A DNA stretch of 64,000 bases from Eledone cirrhosa (taxonomy: Eukaryota): positions 56,358,001 through 56,422,000 of the forward strand of contig OZ024746.1 of the NCBI GenBank assembly GCA_964016885.1, read 5' to 3'. A model generated the notes under the pieces. It was given only the letters and a program-made list of their open reading frames with translations. It was not told where the DNA came from and did not search any database. The position numbers and the translations under genes are program-made. The stretch's first letter is position 1, and every line of letters starts with the position of its first letter. Positions 12,680 through 27,900 of the stretch are shown here, piece by piece.

Positions 12680-12950
12680 CTCTCTCTCCACAAAGTTTGA
12701 TCACCAGCAGCAGAGCTCAAAGAGCAAATATCAAGTCCAATCCATAAATTGACATTGTCAAGCCATCGTTTTGGCTTCCGGCCTCTGCTTCTCTACCAGC
12801 CAACCTTCTTTCCAGGCATAACCGACTCACACCACGAGTTGATATTTTTATATGGCCGTATAGTTTGAGTGCTCTTGACTTGGTTTGGTCATGTCGAGCA
12901 GCTTGTCGACGGCAAATTGATAGAATCATTAGGACGTCGGCATAAAAAAG
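12680..12950 (-). pseudogene. RTE-clade LINE C-terminal fossil
   Basis: Frameshifted translation LKLYGHI...SRLCLE...GKRSRGR..RWLDNV. Confidence 0.65.
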
Positions 12951-13537
12951 CACAAGCCAAACTTTTCTTTCTTCATTTCGGGGTCAATATATGAAGTACC
13001 AGACTAGCACTGCGGTCGATGTCTCGATATTTCTCTCCCTGAATCATATATGTAAAAGTGCCAACAAGTGATATGTCACATTGCAATTCTAACAATTCCT
13101 TCCCTTCCAAACTGCATACAGAAAGTAATGTTCAGGCTTATTTTTGTTGAGACAACACGTTGATTTTTTTCTACGTTTAGAATAAATCATAGAAAGAAAT
13201 GATATCTTAAGTGATATACCATTAGAGAAATATTTAAATATGTATATGTATGCACGGAATCTGTAAAATTAGTACAATATATCTTTGAAGAGAAAAGTGT
13301 TCAGATAATAATTGTTTGAAAAATATGTTATGGGGAGAATGATTCATGTTACAACACGCTTAGATCTGGAATCTCTGAGTAGATGAGCTCCCGATCAGAC
13401 TGTTTAAAATCATTTTTAAAATTACGCTTAGTGTAATGCTTAACACACTCATGGGACATACAGGATATGACTATTCGGTTCATCGCAGGTACCTTTGGCC
13501 TCTTTTCGTGCCTCCAGGTTACCATTACACGATTTAC

Positions 13538-13593
<56 letters not shown>

Positions 13594-13633
13594 AATAGAT
13601 GTCACACACACATATACACACACACACATACAT

Positions 13634-13695
<62 letters not shown>

Positions 13696-13729
13696 ACATA
13701 TGACATATTTATATGTATTTGTATATATG

Positions 13730-13760
<31 letters not shown>

Positions 13761-14528
13761 GCATGTGTGTGTGTATGTGTGGAAGTTTTGTCTGTACTTG
13801 CGAGTTCGTGTGTATAATGTATGCGTGTAAGTATATCATATGTTCTCTGATAGATACATAAGTGCGCGTCGAGTATTTAAACATACGTCCAAGTATACGG
13901 GAGTAGGTGCGTCGCTGCAAATGTCTCATTGCTTCCTACTATATTTTCAAAGAGACGTTTCATGTTTCCATCTAAAATCTGTCTGACACGCGAAACGATA
14001 CAGCCATACATGGATGTGTAATTAATTAATTAATTAAACAAATATAATTAACCTATTCAATCATATATTCACGTCAAATTTGTCTACATTGAAAAGATAC
14101 GTCACCCAAAACATTCATATTTACTTTGTAATATATATGCTGTCTAACCTTTGATGTTTCACCGCTAATACTTCTCCTATTATGATTTTGATGTTTACTA
14201 GCATGTAGTGACATTTAATAAGTGACCATGTCTCGCCACGTACACACACAGAAACAGATAATTGCATACAGATATATACCATCGATCACACACGTGTAGA
14301 TACTCATATGTAACCACACAAGCATGTGCATACATATATTTAAACAGAAACACGCATATATACACGACCACATGCACACATATTGGCACATACACAGTCT
14401 GAAATAGACACACAAGTACACACACACGTACATATTTATGCAAAAGCAATTGATTGTTTAGTGAATCAGTGGCAGTGTCAACTATCCGGGAGGGTTTGTT
14501 ATTTCTTCGTTATATTTTGATTTAGTAA

Positions 14529-14607
<79 letters not shown>

Positions 14608-14714
14608 TCGTGTGTGTGTGTGTGTATTCTACCTGGAGTTGCGACCAATAGATAATATTAGCAATTGGAAAGACCAATGGAAACATACTTTCCTTGGTCC
14701 GCTTTTGAGGAAAG

Positions 14715-14749
<35 letters not shown>

Positions 14750-14975
14750 CATTATCATCAATCGAGCTTGCTCGGCTTTCTACGACACGTTTCCTCCATC
14801 CATTTCTGTCTCTCATAGCGTTTGCCAGTTCTTCCGCAGTGCATCCAGTATCGTCCTCAAGTTGCTTGACGTATGTCTTCTTTGGACGACCAGCGTTTCT
14901 TGGTCCATGAGATGGACTCCATAACAACACATCACCTGCTATTTCTTCCTTGCTGCGCCAACAGTGGCCAGTAAA
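14750..14975 (-). mobile_element. 5'-truncated RTE-clade LINE 3' end
   Basis: RFTGHCWRSKEEIAGDVLLWSPSHGPRNAGRPKKTYVKQLEDDTG...AMRDRNGWR with a (GAT/AAT)n tail. Confidence 0.85.
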
Positions 14976-16531
14976 TCTATATATAGGGTGAACAGTGTAA
15001 AGAACCTCTTCGGTCATGAATGGATATGGGATTAGCACCCAGAAATTTCCTCTCCGCGGCACAAGTCCGGGCAAGCTTCTTTTTGTGAAAAACCAGCAGT
15101 CGCCTCTGCATGCCATTCTCTCCTCTCCACACCACCGATGTTGTCCAAGGGCCGATACATTTTGACATCAGGTACGGCGCAATTAATCTCTACAACTGAG
15201 TGAACTGGATCAACGGGAAATAAAGTGGCTTGCTGAAGAACACAATGCTATGCCCATATATATAGTTTGGGAAGGTATGTTTAGCGACAAGATTTTCCGT
15301 AGAATCTATATAGGAAAAAGAACTCACTCAGTCTAAAAATATTATTATAAATGAGTTTTCAACACAGTTGCTTGTTAACTAAGGTTTCAAATCCTCCTCT
15401 AGTATGGTCACAAAGAAGCTATATATGCTAGTTCTGGGTATATTTCAGGCAAGACTAAAATTGCTGATGTTATTTCATACATGAGATATCGCCAAGTTTG
15501 AAGGATGTAGTAATGTAATAATATATATGGCGTTTTGTTATTCGGCTGGAGTAAATCATTTATTATTAAGATTATATTTTTTAATGCAATTATATTTGTT
15601 AAAGATAACCAAATCCATCACTCAAAACAGATGCACATTTTCGAAAAGAAATATGATATAGTTTTCACCCACTTAGTCTTATTTACTATGTTGTATATTC
15701 TGAATTTATGTGAATAGTCCGCCATATATCGTCTGAATTTGTGTGAGCAATCCTGCTACATTTTGGTAGTTTGATGTGGTAGAAATCTCTGGTAATACTT
15801 ATTCCATAGCTCCATATATGTTTTCTATCTACGTTAAAAATCATTATTTATACATAGGCTATATTTATTTATACTATATCTAACCAGCCACAGCTCAAGA
15901 ATACAATTTAAAGAGAATTATCAGTTGACACGTGATGAGAAGAGACCTGTTAATAAACTACAAGCGTACACATTACATTTCAGGGTTTAAGTATTTCACC
16001 TAATTCACACTTTATTCATTCAATAAATATATGATTTGTACACATAGTTCTTTTTTTCTCTTGTGCTTCTTAATAAATCGAACCATTTACTATGATCGCT
16101 GCACTTAGAAGCTATAGAGAGCCATTTAATGATGCATTGTTGTTCGATCGATGTCTCTCAACTAAAGCTAATGTAAATCTAGCAATATTATATAACTATT
16201 ATAGCCATACCAGTGTTTTCCGTGCAGACCTAGGGAAATTGGATATAATAGTGATTTACTGAATATTATCTTCATTATTATTAAATAGTTTATGCTCTTC
16301 ATCACTGTTGATGTCATTATAATCGTTGATGCTGTTGTTACTGTTAACATCATCTTCATTATTAGTCTTATTTTTATTGTGCGACTCTGCATCAACGACA
16401 AATCTCCTCTACAGGTTGGGTATGTGCAGTGTACTTTTAGGTGTGGCTGTATCTGATGTATTAAAGGGGGGTAATATGAGTTCATTACCCGATAGTTCTA
16501 TACCATCTTTGTTGTATATTTTAATAATATT

Positions 16532-16906
16532 GTGGTGGATTGGCAGTATCGGTAGAGGGTCGGCCGACATTCTTTAAAGCATAGAGGTACCTTCCTTTAT
16601 GATCTGAGTTCAAATCCCGCCGAGGTTAACTTTGCCTTTCATCCTTACGGGGTCGATAAAATAAAGTACCAGTAATGTACTGGGATAATTGCTGGCCTTG
16701 TGCCAAAAGTAGAAATAATTATTATTCATGTATCGGTAGAGAATCGGACGCCATGCTTTCCAGCATAGTTACGTCCCTTTACGATCTGAGTTCATATCTC
16801 GTCGAGGTTAACTTTGCCTTTCGTCTTTACGGAGTCGATAAAATAAAGTACCAGTAATGTACCGGGTAATTGCTGGCCTTGTGCCAAATGTAGAAACAAT
16901 TATTAT
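16532..16906 (+). mobile_element. Two tandem SINE copies (16532-16726 and 16730-16906)
   Basis: Same A/B boxes, core and GGCCTTGTGCCAAAAGTAGAAACAATTATT tail as the copy at 8848. Confidence 0.9.
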
Positions 16907-16943
16907 TGATATTGTCATCTAGATCGTATATAGATAGGCGTTA

Positions 16944-17850
16944 ATGGAGTACCTACAATTCCAAATGGTTCGCTATTCAGATTACAAATTTCTGACCAGC
17001 ACTCTCGCACTACAAAGACACGTATACAGAAACCCAGATCCTGAAAGATTAACATATCGTACCCAGCGCGTAAAACCTATAAAGACCGGATTAGCCTACA
17101 TTCCCAGGATGCCACGAGGAATGGACTTGTGGTGGTTCATGGGTTTCATAATCGAGGAGGGTACAGATAGGACTCTCAACGATATCACCAAAACTGCCTC
17201 AGAGGAATGGTCCTGGGTGGATTTGAATATTCTCCAAATCAAACAGACACAACTTAGAATCATCCAGGTTCACCTTCGCCTCCAAGACGACATTATTTCG
17301 ATTCCGGTGAAACAACACATCACTGAGCCTTCTGCCTACAGTTCAATAATGCAGGGTTGCGCAAAGCTCGCGTGCTAAGTATACCAGAGCCGGCACGCAA
17401 AACCTCACTAGCAGTAACGCTGTCACCGGCAGCAGCATCCGTAGAAGTAGTAGCAACAGCAACAGCAGCAGCTGCAGTAATAACAGCAACAGTATTGACA
17501 CACAGACCAACACTCACACACCCGTAAACGCAGTCCCACTCCCCTCTAACACTTGTCCCTCCTCATCCCCAATGAACATGAGGCTGAACCCCCAAAACAA
17601 AAAATAACCAAAGCGAAAACATTGAAGACAAATAGACCTTTACGCACCAACAAGCACACAAAACATACCCACAGCAAACACAGACACAGCTACAACAAAA
17701 CCAACGCCCCAACCGTCAACAAAATCACAACCACTGCCAGCATCACAGAGACAACCGCAATTTCTGACCCACAAAATGAAACGCATTCAGGCACTAAAAA
17801 TAAAAGAATCTCCCAACTTCGTGTTACTAAGAAGGGGAAAACAAATGATG
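16944..17850 (+). pseudogene. Degenerate ORF1 of a Tx1-like LINE
   Basis: MDLWWFMGF...ITKTASEEWSWVDLNIL aligns by eye with MDIWWVLTGF...MGKASGDAFSGTSLELL of the ORF1 at 34558; K/T/H-rich tail. Confidence 0.6.
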
Positions 17851-17999
17851 GCCCTTCATCTCTGTCGCTTTAATTCGAAATGAAAATATTTCTGTCATTA
17901 CCAAAGATTCATAACCATATGTAGGTGCCGACACGAATATCGAATTGATGAGAACGAGTGTGGTGTTTAGGTCTATTTATTTTCATCTGATGAGCGAAT

Positions 18000-18580
18000 G
18001 TTAAATATGAAATTCAAATTCTTGCACTCAAATTAGCAGGTTTCCATTACTTGAAGACATGACTCCAGAATACTAGATGTTCTCCATCTATTTCAATGTA
18101 ACTCCATTCATATATAGATTGTATTGAGCAGGCTTTCTTCAGAGGATAAATATCTTAATATCCGTAGCACTGATGTTCGTTGTTGCCGTCCAAAACTATC
18201 AAATGCATAACGGAGATTGGCTTCTGACGAGTTAGGTAATAACATGTCGTCTGCACGTTCTATCAGGCTTCTACTATATTCACCAGATGCCAGTTCCAGC
18301 CAGGCTGCACATGTCAGTCCTGCTCATGATGATTATGAACAGGCGATGTGACAGTAGGCACCTTTCGTGTAGTCCGAGATACGCATAGAACGGTTTCCAT
18401 TGAGCATCATTTATCCGAACACATATTATGGTATTCATATGAAAGTACCAGCGCAAAAAGTTGTCTATCGATTCCATAAACCTGCAGAAACTGCCATAAT
18501 AGGTCCCATGGAACTGGGTCATGTACACTTTTGATGTCAACCAAATAAGCATACGTCGATTTCATAATCCCTTCCAGAAA
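18000..18580 (-). pseudogene. Ancient non-LTR (RTE-like) RT fossil
   Basis: Remnants of the VD.K..HD.VPW..LW, CLLS..LF and ADD motifs across frames. Confidence 0.55.
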
Positions 18581-20644
18581 CATGTGAACTTTTGCCTCAG
18601 TTAGAAATAATTAATCTGAACTTGAATGTGCCGCAGATACATAATCGTAGATTATTTTATTTGTATACTCGAATATCTTTGTATACTCGAATATCTTTAC
18701 CTCTCACACTTCTACTCAAAAAGATGTAATCATAACTACATCATATCTACCTAAACATCGGTAAATACATGCTCTGTTTATACATAAATATCATATATAT
18801 ATATATATATATATGCATGTGTGTGTGTGCGCGCGCGAGTGTGTGGGTATGTGCGTGTGTGTGTGAGTGAGTGTATATGTGTGTGTGTGTGTGTGTAGGT
18901 ATGTGTGTGTGTGTTATAGTTTCTTGCATCATTGTAGGAAATATGTGGGGAGAAGAAGAAAGTAGCGATTAGAAGAGGTAGGGTAAGATAAGGCAAATTA
19001 CAGTGTAAGATTTAGAGAATATAACCAGAGAACCCACTGTAACTAAAGACCAAAGACTAAGGTCGTTTCTGCTAACGTCAACATTCTAGTGAACCTATAT
19101 ATTTTCATCAATCAATTACATCTGTGTTGAGGATAAAGAATGATTGTCTTAATTATCAAGTCTCGTGTGCCTTACTTGACCAGAATTCTTAATTAAGTTA
19201 ATGATTATTTATTGTCATTACGTGTGTAATTTGAATTAATTAAAATTGATTGGTTAACTGCATTAAGTATGTTTGCACCAACTTTAGCAAATTACATTGT
19301 AGTCTTTGGTTAATCTTAATTTACGTTTTGATGTCAAATCCTGAGAGTTTCTGTAAATGTGTATCATTAATACACAAAAGAAAAAGTAACTAAATCAACT
19401 TTACTTGAAGCAGTTTGATACCAATCAAATTATTATCTCCATTGAAATTGGTATGAGCATTACTAATATTTTGCACTACTAAGGATATCTTCAAAAACAG
19501 AAGGAATAATTTAGTATGTATATCTTCAGAATGTTTCCCTCGTTTAGTTATCTAATCGACATATACATGTTAATCATGTTTTTTTTTTTGTTCACATGAT
19601 ACTGCACTGGATATGGAGATTTTCCCAAGTCCCAATATTCTGAAATATGGTGCTTATTTGTCATAATTTCTACTTATCAAAACCTCGGCAATTGTTATAC
19701 AAGTAATTCCTATTTGATGGCCGTCCTTCTGCAGGATAAACACACGAGAAATACCTTGATGTTTCATTGCACTCTTAAGTTACATATTCCCTGAATATGC
19801 GAACACACTTTACAATAGAGTTTCTTCAGTAACGTGTGGTACACATTTTATGTTCTTCATAAAAATGTTTGCGATACAGATGAATGTCTTAATAGCCAGT
19901 AGCTCTCTTTGATACCACGATACAATAATTACAATTTTTATCATTTAACACACCATCTGAAAACATTTATATTTAGAACAGTCTTACTCATCTTGGATCT
20001 TCGGATTAAACTCCAACATCGGTGAGAGTATTTATTGTGTGTACTAAAGAAAGCATTGCAACTTCGGAAGGACATTCTGAGGTTTATTTTTCCCAAAAAA
20101 ATAACAATGATGTTAACATTCACCCGACCTTAATTTTCTCTGAATGTAATGTGATATCAAAATAAACAAATATCCTGAATTGGATGAATCCATATATATT
20201 TAGATATGATGATCATCCCACATATACGAAGAAAAAACTAAACAATTATACATTTTTTCTTAAAATTCAGACAAGACCAAGTTTAAGAAAATAAATTAAT
20301 TCAAAATATAATACAGACAAAACATATTTATGTTGGCAACAGACCAAGTCTTCTTTAAATGTTGGATTTAATTCCAAGTTCCTTTGATACTTGTGGGAAC
20401 ATTCCATTGAAACGAATGCATTTGCGGAAGTAATTTATGGAGGAAGCCCTAGTTAATTCCCATATATTACAATAAAGATAATAATTTATCTAGCTGAATG
20501 ATCTCTAAACATAACGCGACAGCGAAAAATACAAATAGCCTTCCATCGTGGAACGCCTCTCTATATATATATAATCATGATAATCCAGCTTATGAAAGAG
20601 AGGATTAACGGCTATATAAGGTAATCTTAAATGTTTGGCAGCAA

Positions 20645-20745
20645 TATATTAACGATATCGAGTACATTACTACATCAAACATACTGGATGGTGTGGATCC
20701 GGCTATATCCACATACATATTCGGTTATACTCATTATTATCATAA
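20645..20745. repeat. Short dispersed repeat, also at 24965-25040
   Basis: Shared CATCAAA.ATACTGGATG.TGTG.ATCC.GCTATATCCACATACATATTCGGTTATACTCATTAT; the second copy forms a hairpin. Confidence 0.7.
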
Positions 20746-20858
20746 TATATATATATATATATTCGCTCTACGGTTCTTATATATCTTATATATATTTATT
20801 CTTATCGAGCCCTCTTTGGATTTTAGTCTTCAAATTTATTATTATTACTATATATATT

Positions 20859-20961
<103 letters not shown>

Positions 20962-21389
20962 GGGGTAACAAATAATAGTTATATGCAGTCCACATAGGTG
21001 TAGTCCAGTTATGGTATTCCGGGTAGTGGGTGATATCAACGCTTGGCTAAGTTTGGCTCAACAAGGCGTTTTCATAGTGATGCTGCGAGTACGCTGTAAT
21101 TCCTATGTTGTAAATACTTGGAGTAATAATAAATCAGGAAAGAAGATTGACACGGTTTGCTATACAAAAAAGGTTTTTAATCTCACTGCTGACAATTGTT
21201 TCTCGGAACTAGTAGGTCTAGAGATCGCTATCCGCTTGTTTTCACGTTACTCGATCGCCAATACACAATTATAACCAGTCAGTTCTTCGGAGCTTGCGAG
21301 AATGAAGAGAATATACAGGCTACTATATGATATAGTAATGGCATTCAGTTAGAACAATAACAACAGTATCAACAATGCTAGCAATAAAT

Positions 21390-23670
21390 GATTTCATCCG
21401 CAGGGTCCGATGGAAGGCTTACCATTTCGACAAGGGACCGAATACTAACGCAAGGGAATTTTCTAACGAGAATTACGGGTTTAAATCCTTCAAAAACCCA
21501 CCAAACAACCCAGCACTCGATGCCTTCGAACTGGACCTTATGAATATGATAAGTGAAACTAAATTCAAAAAAAGAACACCTCACAACAAATTGCAAAAAG
21601 ACATAAAGACACTACTAAAAAAACTAAAAGACACTAACGGTATCATAGTAAAAGCAGACAAAACATCAAACGTATACTCTATGGACATTAACACACACAA
21701 TAACTTTACCAGCGTGAACTACATAAAAAATACAAAAAAACAAATGAATCTACACTCACCAGCATTAACGTGGGGGGCCTCAGGATAGTAAATAAACTCG
21801 GAATTCCCGATAGGACCGAACCTCTAACCCCGTGTAACCCAATATTTAACCTGAAGGATCACAAAAATAATTTTGAAACAAACCCTTCCATTAGATTAAT
21901 ATGCCCATCCAAGTCAGACATAGGCAAAATTAGCAAGAACATTCTAGATAGGGTAATCGCACAAATAAAGGGTGAACTAGAAATCAACTTATGGGGTAAT
22001 ACTAACGAGGCGATTGAATGGTTCAATAAAATACAAAATAGGGAGACATGTAACTTCATACAATTTGATATAGACGACTACTATGCATCCATATCCCCAG
22101 ACACCTTAGATAAAGCGCTTATATTTGCCCAAAATAACTCCGATCTTACCCATGAGGAAATTGAAATAATAATAGCGGCTAGAAGGACTATCATAAAATT
22201 CGAAAATAGCTACTGGGTAAGAAGAGATAGGATAAACAGCTTCGAAATAACAATGGGATCAAGTGACTCTGCCCAAATCACAGACATCGTGGGGTTATTC
22301 ATAGCACACAACCTACATAAGGAATTCAGTAACCTCCAATGAGGGATTTATAGGGACGACACGCTACTTATAGCTAAGAACTTAAACAACCAGAACATGG
22401 AAAGATTAAGAAAAAACATTAGAATATTCTTCATAAAACTAGGCCTAAGTATTACCTACGAACTGACCCATAAGAAGGTAAACTTTCTAGATGCGACTCT
22501 AAATCTAAATACGGGATTAATAGAACCTTTCCACAAAAATAATGAAAATCTGGCCTACATTAGTTATAACTCAAACCACTCCAAATCCATAATCAGATCC
22601 ATAGCACGTAGTATATCCCTTCGAATATCCCGCTTATCCTCTAACCTAGAAATATTTAACGAACATGCTAACTATTATAACGCAGCATTACGTAGGGCCG
22701 GACATAAAGATAAACTGCAGTATATAGCGATTAAAGACAACGTAAACAATCCTAATAGCAACTGCACCAACCGCTCACACAATAATAGAAGTAACTGGAC
22801 TAGACATAGGGTTAGGACGTAGCACCTGGAGTGAAACCCAAGAAACAATAGAAGAATCAGAGAAAGAAAATACCTATGGTTCAACCCAATCTTCAACTCG
22901 TCTATAAAAACCAGACTGCCTTCTACATTCTTTAACCTAATAGATAAACACTTCCCTATCTCACATAGATATCATAAAATACTCAATAGAAATACTATAA
23001 AACTCTCATACTCGACGGCAGCAAATATAGAATCGCACATACGCAGGATCAACCACAGAAATATCTCTAGGGAATCAGCCGCACCTATGCGCAACTTAGC
23101 ACCAAATTATAAGCATAAACACATCACAGTATCACACCCGCAAGCGCATACAAACGCGCAGCAGCAAAACCCCAACGGGCATGAATCACAACCCACAGAG
23201 TACTAAGCAGCAGTGTAGAAGCTGCATGAAATAACACCTCAAACTGTAACTGTCACCTACCGGATAGGTGCCCATTGGCGAATAGATGTCTCGATTCGAG
23301 CCTAGTGTACATGTGCACGGTCAACTCGGACAACTCCACCTGGCATTACATTGGATCCACCGCGGGTTCTTTTAAAAAAAGATGGTATGTGCACAGGCAC
23401 TCGATGAAAAATCGTGCACTTATGGGTTCCACAACCCTCGCCAAAAAAAATTGGGAACTGAAGGACAACAACACTAGCTACAGTATTAACTGGTCGAGGT
23501 TGTCGGCTGCTAAAACCTATAGTACAGATATGTCCCACTGCAGGCTATGTGATCTAGAACTACTGTATATCCTTAAAAATGTAAAAAGGCTACTTAACAA
23601 CAAGTTAGAGAGATCTATCTTCTGCAGACATTGATTCGCCACTAAATACATAAGATTCAAACCTCCGTGA
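21390..23670 (+). pseudogene. Naiad-type PLE RT + CxCx5Cx5C linker + GIY-YIG
   Basis: KADKTSN, FDIDDYYASIS, TMGSSDSAQITDIVG, IYRDD, NFLDATLNL, CNCHLPDRCPLANRC, LVY...YIGST, CRLCDLE, CRH. Confidence 0.88.
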
Positions 23671-24505
23671 ATCGAACCGACATAACATAGCTTTAAATTA
23701 GGATACCCACTACCCTGCATGAATCACCACACAAATATACTCATTAAGTACATTCTGGCCTTCTTAGTTCTATACCACACAAATGTCTGTAAGTACCTCA
23801 TCAACCCATAAACTTATTTTTTCTCAGCTGCTGTCATCACATGATCCTAAATCCAAGAACATTCCAAAATACTACTACAATGGAACTTTACCTTCCTCTT
23901 GCCATAATTATAGTCAACATGTTTTCTCTTTGTATGTATGTATATATTTATACGAGTGTGTATGGATGTGTATGTATATGTTTGTGTGCACGTGAGTGTG
24001 TATATATGTGTGTGTATATATATATACATATATATATATATTACCTCCTTAACCTCTGTATTAACTTGCCCATTATTTAGCTTTGACTGTGTTGTCCTAT
24101 TCATGTATGTTATTGAGGATGGAAAGGAAAGACTGAATTCTCATCTAATATAGACCACACAAATTCTACTACAGTGATAAATACTTCATCGGTCAGATAA
24201 AAACTGAATATTACGGCCACCTGACCTACATTGTTTATAAACACCGGCTTATCTTTACACTTGATATAATACACCTACGACACTCTTTACATGTCAATTT
24301 TATACATCTGCTTCATTGCAGCTAGTTTTACATGCTAAAATCTTAGATATATTATACCCCCCACCTATGATGTTGTGATCATCTACAATAATTTATTGCT
24401 AGCATTGTTGATACTGTTGTTATTGTTCTAACTGAATGCCATTACTATATCATATAGTAGCCTGTATATTCCTCTCATGCCTGTATATTCTCTTCATTCT
24501 CGCAA

Positions 24506-24611
24506 GCTCCGAAGAACTGGCTGGTTATAATTTTGTATTGGCGATCGAGTAACGTGAAAACAAGCGGATAGCGATCTCTAGACCTACCAGTTCAGAGAAA
24601 AAATTGTCAGC
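24506..24611 (+). ncRNA. Hammerhead-like motif with CCGAAGA core and ~80-nt stem II domain (also 21188-21295, -)
   Basis: GCT-CCGAAGA-ACTGG...CCAGT-tcaga-GAAA-(C/A)AATTG-TC-AGC; same flanks as the motif at 10376. Confidence 0.55.
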
Positions 24612-24683
24612 AGTGAGATTAAAAACTTTTTTTGTATAGCAAACCGTGTCAATCTTCTTTCCTGATTTATTATATATATATAT

Positions 24684-24873
24684 AATTGTTTCTACTTTTG
24701 GCACAAGGCCAGCAATTGTCCAGTGTATTACTGGTACTTTATTTTATCGACCCCGTAAGGATGAAAGACAAAGTTAACCTCGGCGGGATTTGAATTCAGA
24801 ATGGCAAGGGCCGTAATTCTATGCGTCAAAGCATGGCGTCCGACCCTCTACCGATACTGCCAATTGACCGCCC
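24684..24873 (-). mobile_element. SINE, full length
   Basis: Homology to the other copies. Confidence 0.9.
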
Positions 24874-25064
24874 TTACATATATATAATACATTATAATAA
24901 TACATATATATATATATAATACATATATATATATATATAATACATATATATATATAATACGTTACAACATCAAATATACTGGATGATGTGAATCCCGCTA
25001 TATCCACATACATATTCGGTTATACTCATTATCATTATAGTGAGTATAACCGAAAATGTATATG

Positions 25065-25137
<73 letters not shown>

Positions 25138-25251
25138 CGAAGGAGTTGTGATAAGAAACCAGATGGACCATAACGTACCAGAGTACTCAATACTTAGTCC
25201 AGAAATAGCCGTCGCAACGGCTTGAGCTCTGCCGTTGGGGTCATACATTTT

Positions 25252-25324
<73 letters not shown>

Positions 25325-25520
25325 AGATTGATGACCCCTACGGCGGAGCTCCGGCCGTTTCCACAGCTAGATCCGAACTGTCGAAAAGGACGGAGCACAC
25401 CCGTCGGGGACATGAATCATTTCATATTACCCACACTACCACCCCAAGTATCGAGTACTCTGGTGGGTCATGGTCCACTTGGCATCTTACCACACCATCT
25501 TTGTTATATATACACACACA

Positions 25521-25600
<80 letters not shown>

Positions 25601-26275
25601 GTGAAGGTCCATGATCGATTGGTTCGTGTATTGGACACATAATAGTAATGTGCCGATTTCGATTTCGAGAACAGAACAGATATCAGGGAAACGAAAAATG
25701 TAACGAAATAACATATAATACTATTTCTCAAGATTTCTATTTTTGATGGTGTCATAAAAACAGAAATTATAAGTTGCGTTTCGTGAACTAAACCAACATT
25801 GAATATATTTTCTATTGCCATTTAATATTTCGTCTGAATGACGCCAATACCGTGACAGTAGCAATTGAAGCTTAGATAAATTGGAATGACAAAGGTCAAA
25901 CGAGAAAAGAATTCAAGGATATATGGATAACAATGTTAATATTTTTATTAATGCATTTAAAGCTAAGATAAATGAATGATAATTCAAATGGCTTTTGTCT
26001 TCTGTTGGCCCTGCAACTCGAGCTGATTTCCCATTAATGCATAATACATCTTGCAAATCTGTAGATAGCATAATACATAAACGTTTTTCACACACAGATA
26101 CGCACATATACAGGATAGACACATATGCATACACACATACAGACACACGCACTCACTCACATACACACTCTCGCACACACACACACACACACGCACACAC
26201 ACACACGCGCACACACACACATATATATATATATATGTATATATGTATATATATATATATATATGTGTATATATA

Positions 26276-26352
<77 letters not shown>

Positions 26353-26370
26353 GTGTATATATATATATAT

Positions 26371-26567
<197 letters not shown>

Positions 26568-26899
26568 ATATATCAGTCGTTCATCGCTCCATTAGCCAAT
26601 TCTATAGATTGCTATATATACGTGTTAACGCGGCAATAGAATACAATGTCGCTTAGCACAATGATAAAATTGATATTACAAAATGTTAATAAATCTACCC
26701 AACAATAGCATTCAGTCAGAGAAAGAGAGATTTACACTTCTTTATTGAAAACGGTAACAGAGGTGGGAGAATATCCAAGCGAAGAAAGTATAGAGAGACC
26801 CAAACATAGTGGGTGTAATGGCGTATGGAAAGTAGGTTGGGTGAAATTTTAATGGAGATGGCGGGGTGCAGAAGGACCTATTGAAATATAAAGTATATC

Positions 26900-27900
26900 A
26901 TAACTGGCTACATGAATAATAGTCAGAATAACAACATGACTAGTGCCACCAACAGCAATCAGTACAAAATTAGCAACAACAACTATAATACTTGCCGCTG
27001 TGACTGCAGCATTAGGAAATGTAACAACAAATACCACATACATAACAACTACAAAAACATGGAAAGCAATTCTATCAACAACAGCCACAACCGCATCAGT
27101 GACAATACCAACAATAACAATCGTAATAGTAACAAGGAATTTTATTAACAAACAAAACCACGGCATCAGCACTACTAATAAACGATAATAAACAATTAAA
27201 TGAACACCAGTACTAAACCAGCATCAGCTTCATCTATAATAACTGTTTCTACTTTTGGCACAAGGTAAGCGAATTACTCAGTACATTACTGGTACTTTAT
27301 TTTATCGACCCAGTATGGATGAAAGGCAAAGTTAACCTCGGCAGGATTTGAACTGAGACCATAAAGGGCCGTAACGAACATCAACAAAATCATTAACAAC
27401 GTATGCCCCCACCGTAGCAACATCAACACAACCACCATTCTAACAGCAAAGCAATCACTCTACCAATACCGGACCATCAAGACCATCACTACGCCAGCAT
27501 ACTACCACCAACCTCATCAATTACCTACCTTATTAGCCTCTTCAGCATCAGTATCATTATAATCAGCATTATAATCTTCATGGTCGCCCCATCGTCAGAA
27601 TAATGATTATCTTTATCCCCATTATCATCACAAGCGTCATCACCATATATATCGCCATCATTATCATTCCCATTATCAGCATCATCTTCACCACCATCAT
27701 TATCATGAATATCATCATCATCATCATCATCATCGGCTTAAATAAAATATGGTTGACGACTACTATAACCAGAGAAACAAGTACCAACACCACCGCAACA
27801 ATCCCATCATCTCAACGAACATCAACATCAACAACAACAACACCATCAACCACCAGCACCATTACGCCAAGTATAATGAACAACAACAGCATCAGCATAA
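26900..27900. repeat. Degenerate (AAC)n/(ATC)n trinucleotide low-complexity region, with a truncated SINE at 27237-27375 (-)
   Basis: Visible triplet periodicity; SINE core and tail recognisable. Confidence 0.7.

Larger units (their letters stand above)
21126..24673 (+). mobile_element. Naiad-type Penelope-like element with inverted pLTR arms (21126-21389 and 24391-24673)
   Basis: ~265-bp inverted arms enclose RT and GIY-YIG remnants. Confidence 0.88.

Noticed and set aside
16532-16625. tRNA gene
   Set aside because: The A/B boxes belong to the SINE head; no complete cloverleaf
17985-18022. CTGATGA...GAAA
   Set aside because: No pairing in stems I, II or III; chance match
19941-20123. Possible host exon on the minus strand in unique-looking DNA
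   Set aside because: The splice-like signals are weak, two frames have stops, and the peptide is unrecognisable
21390-23670. In-frame TGA codons as selenocysteine (known in some Naiad PLEs)
   Set aside because: The TGAs at ~22340 and ~23632 fall at positions expected to be Gly and Arg, the linker cysteines are TGY, and other stops and frameshifts show decay
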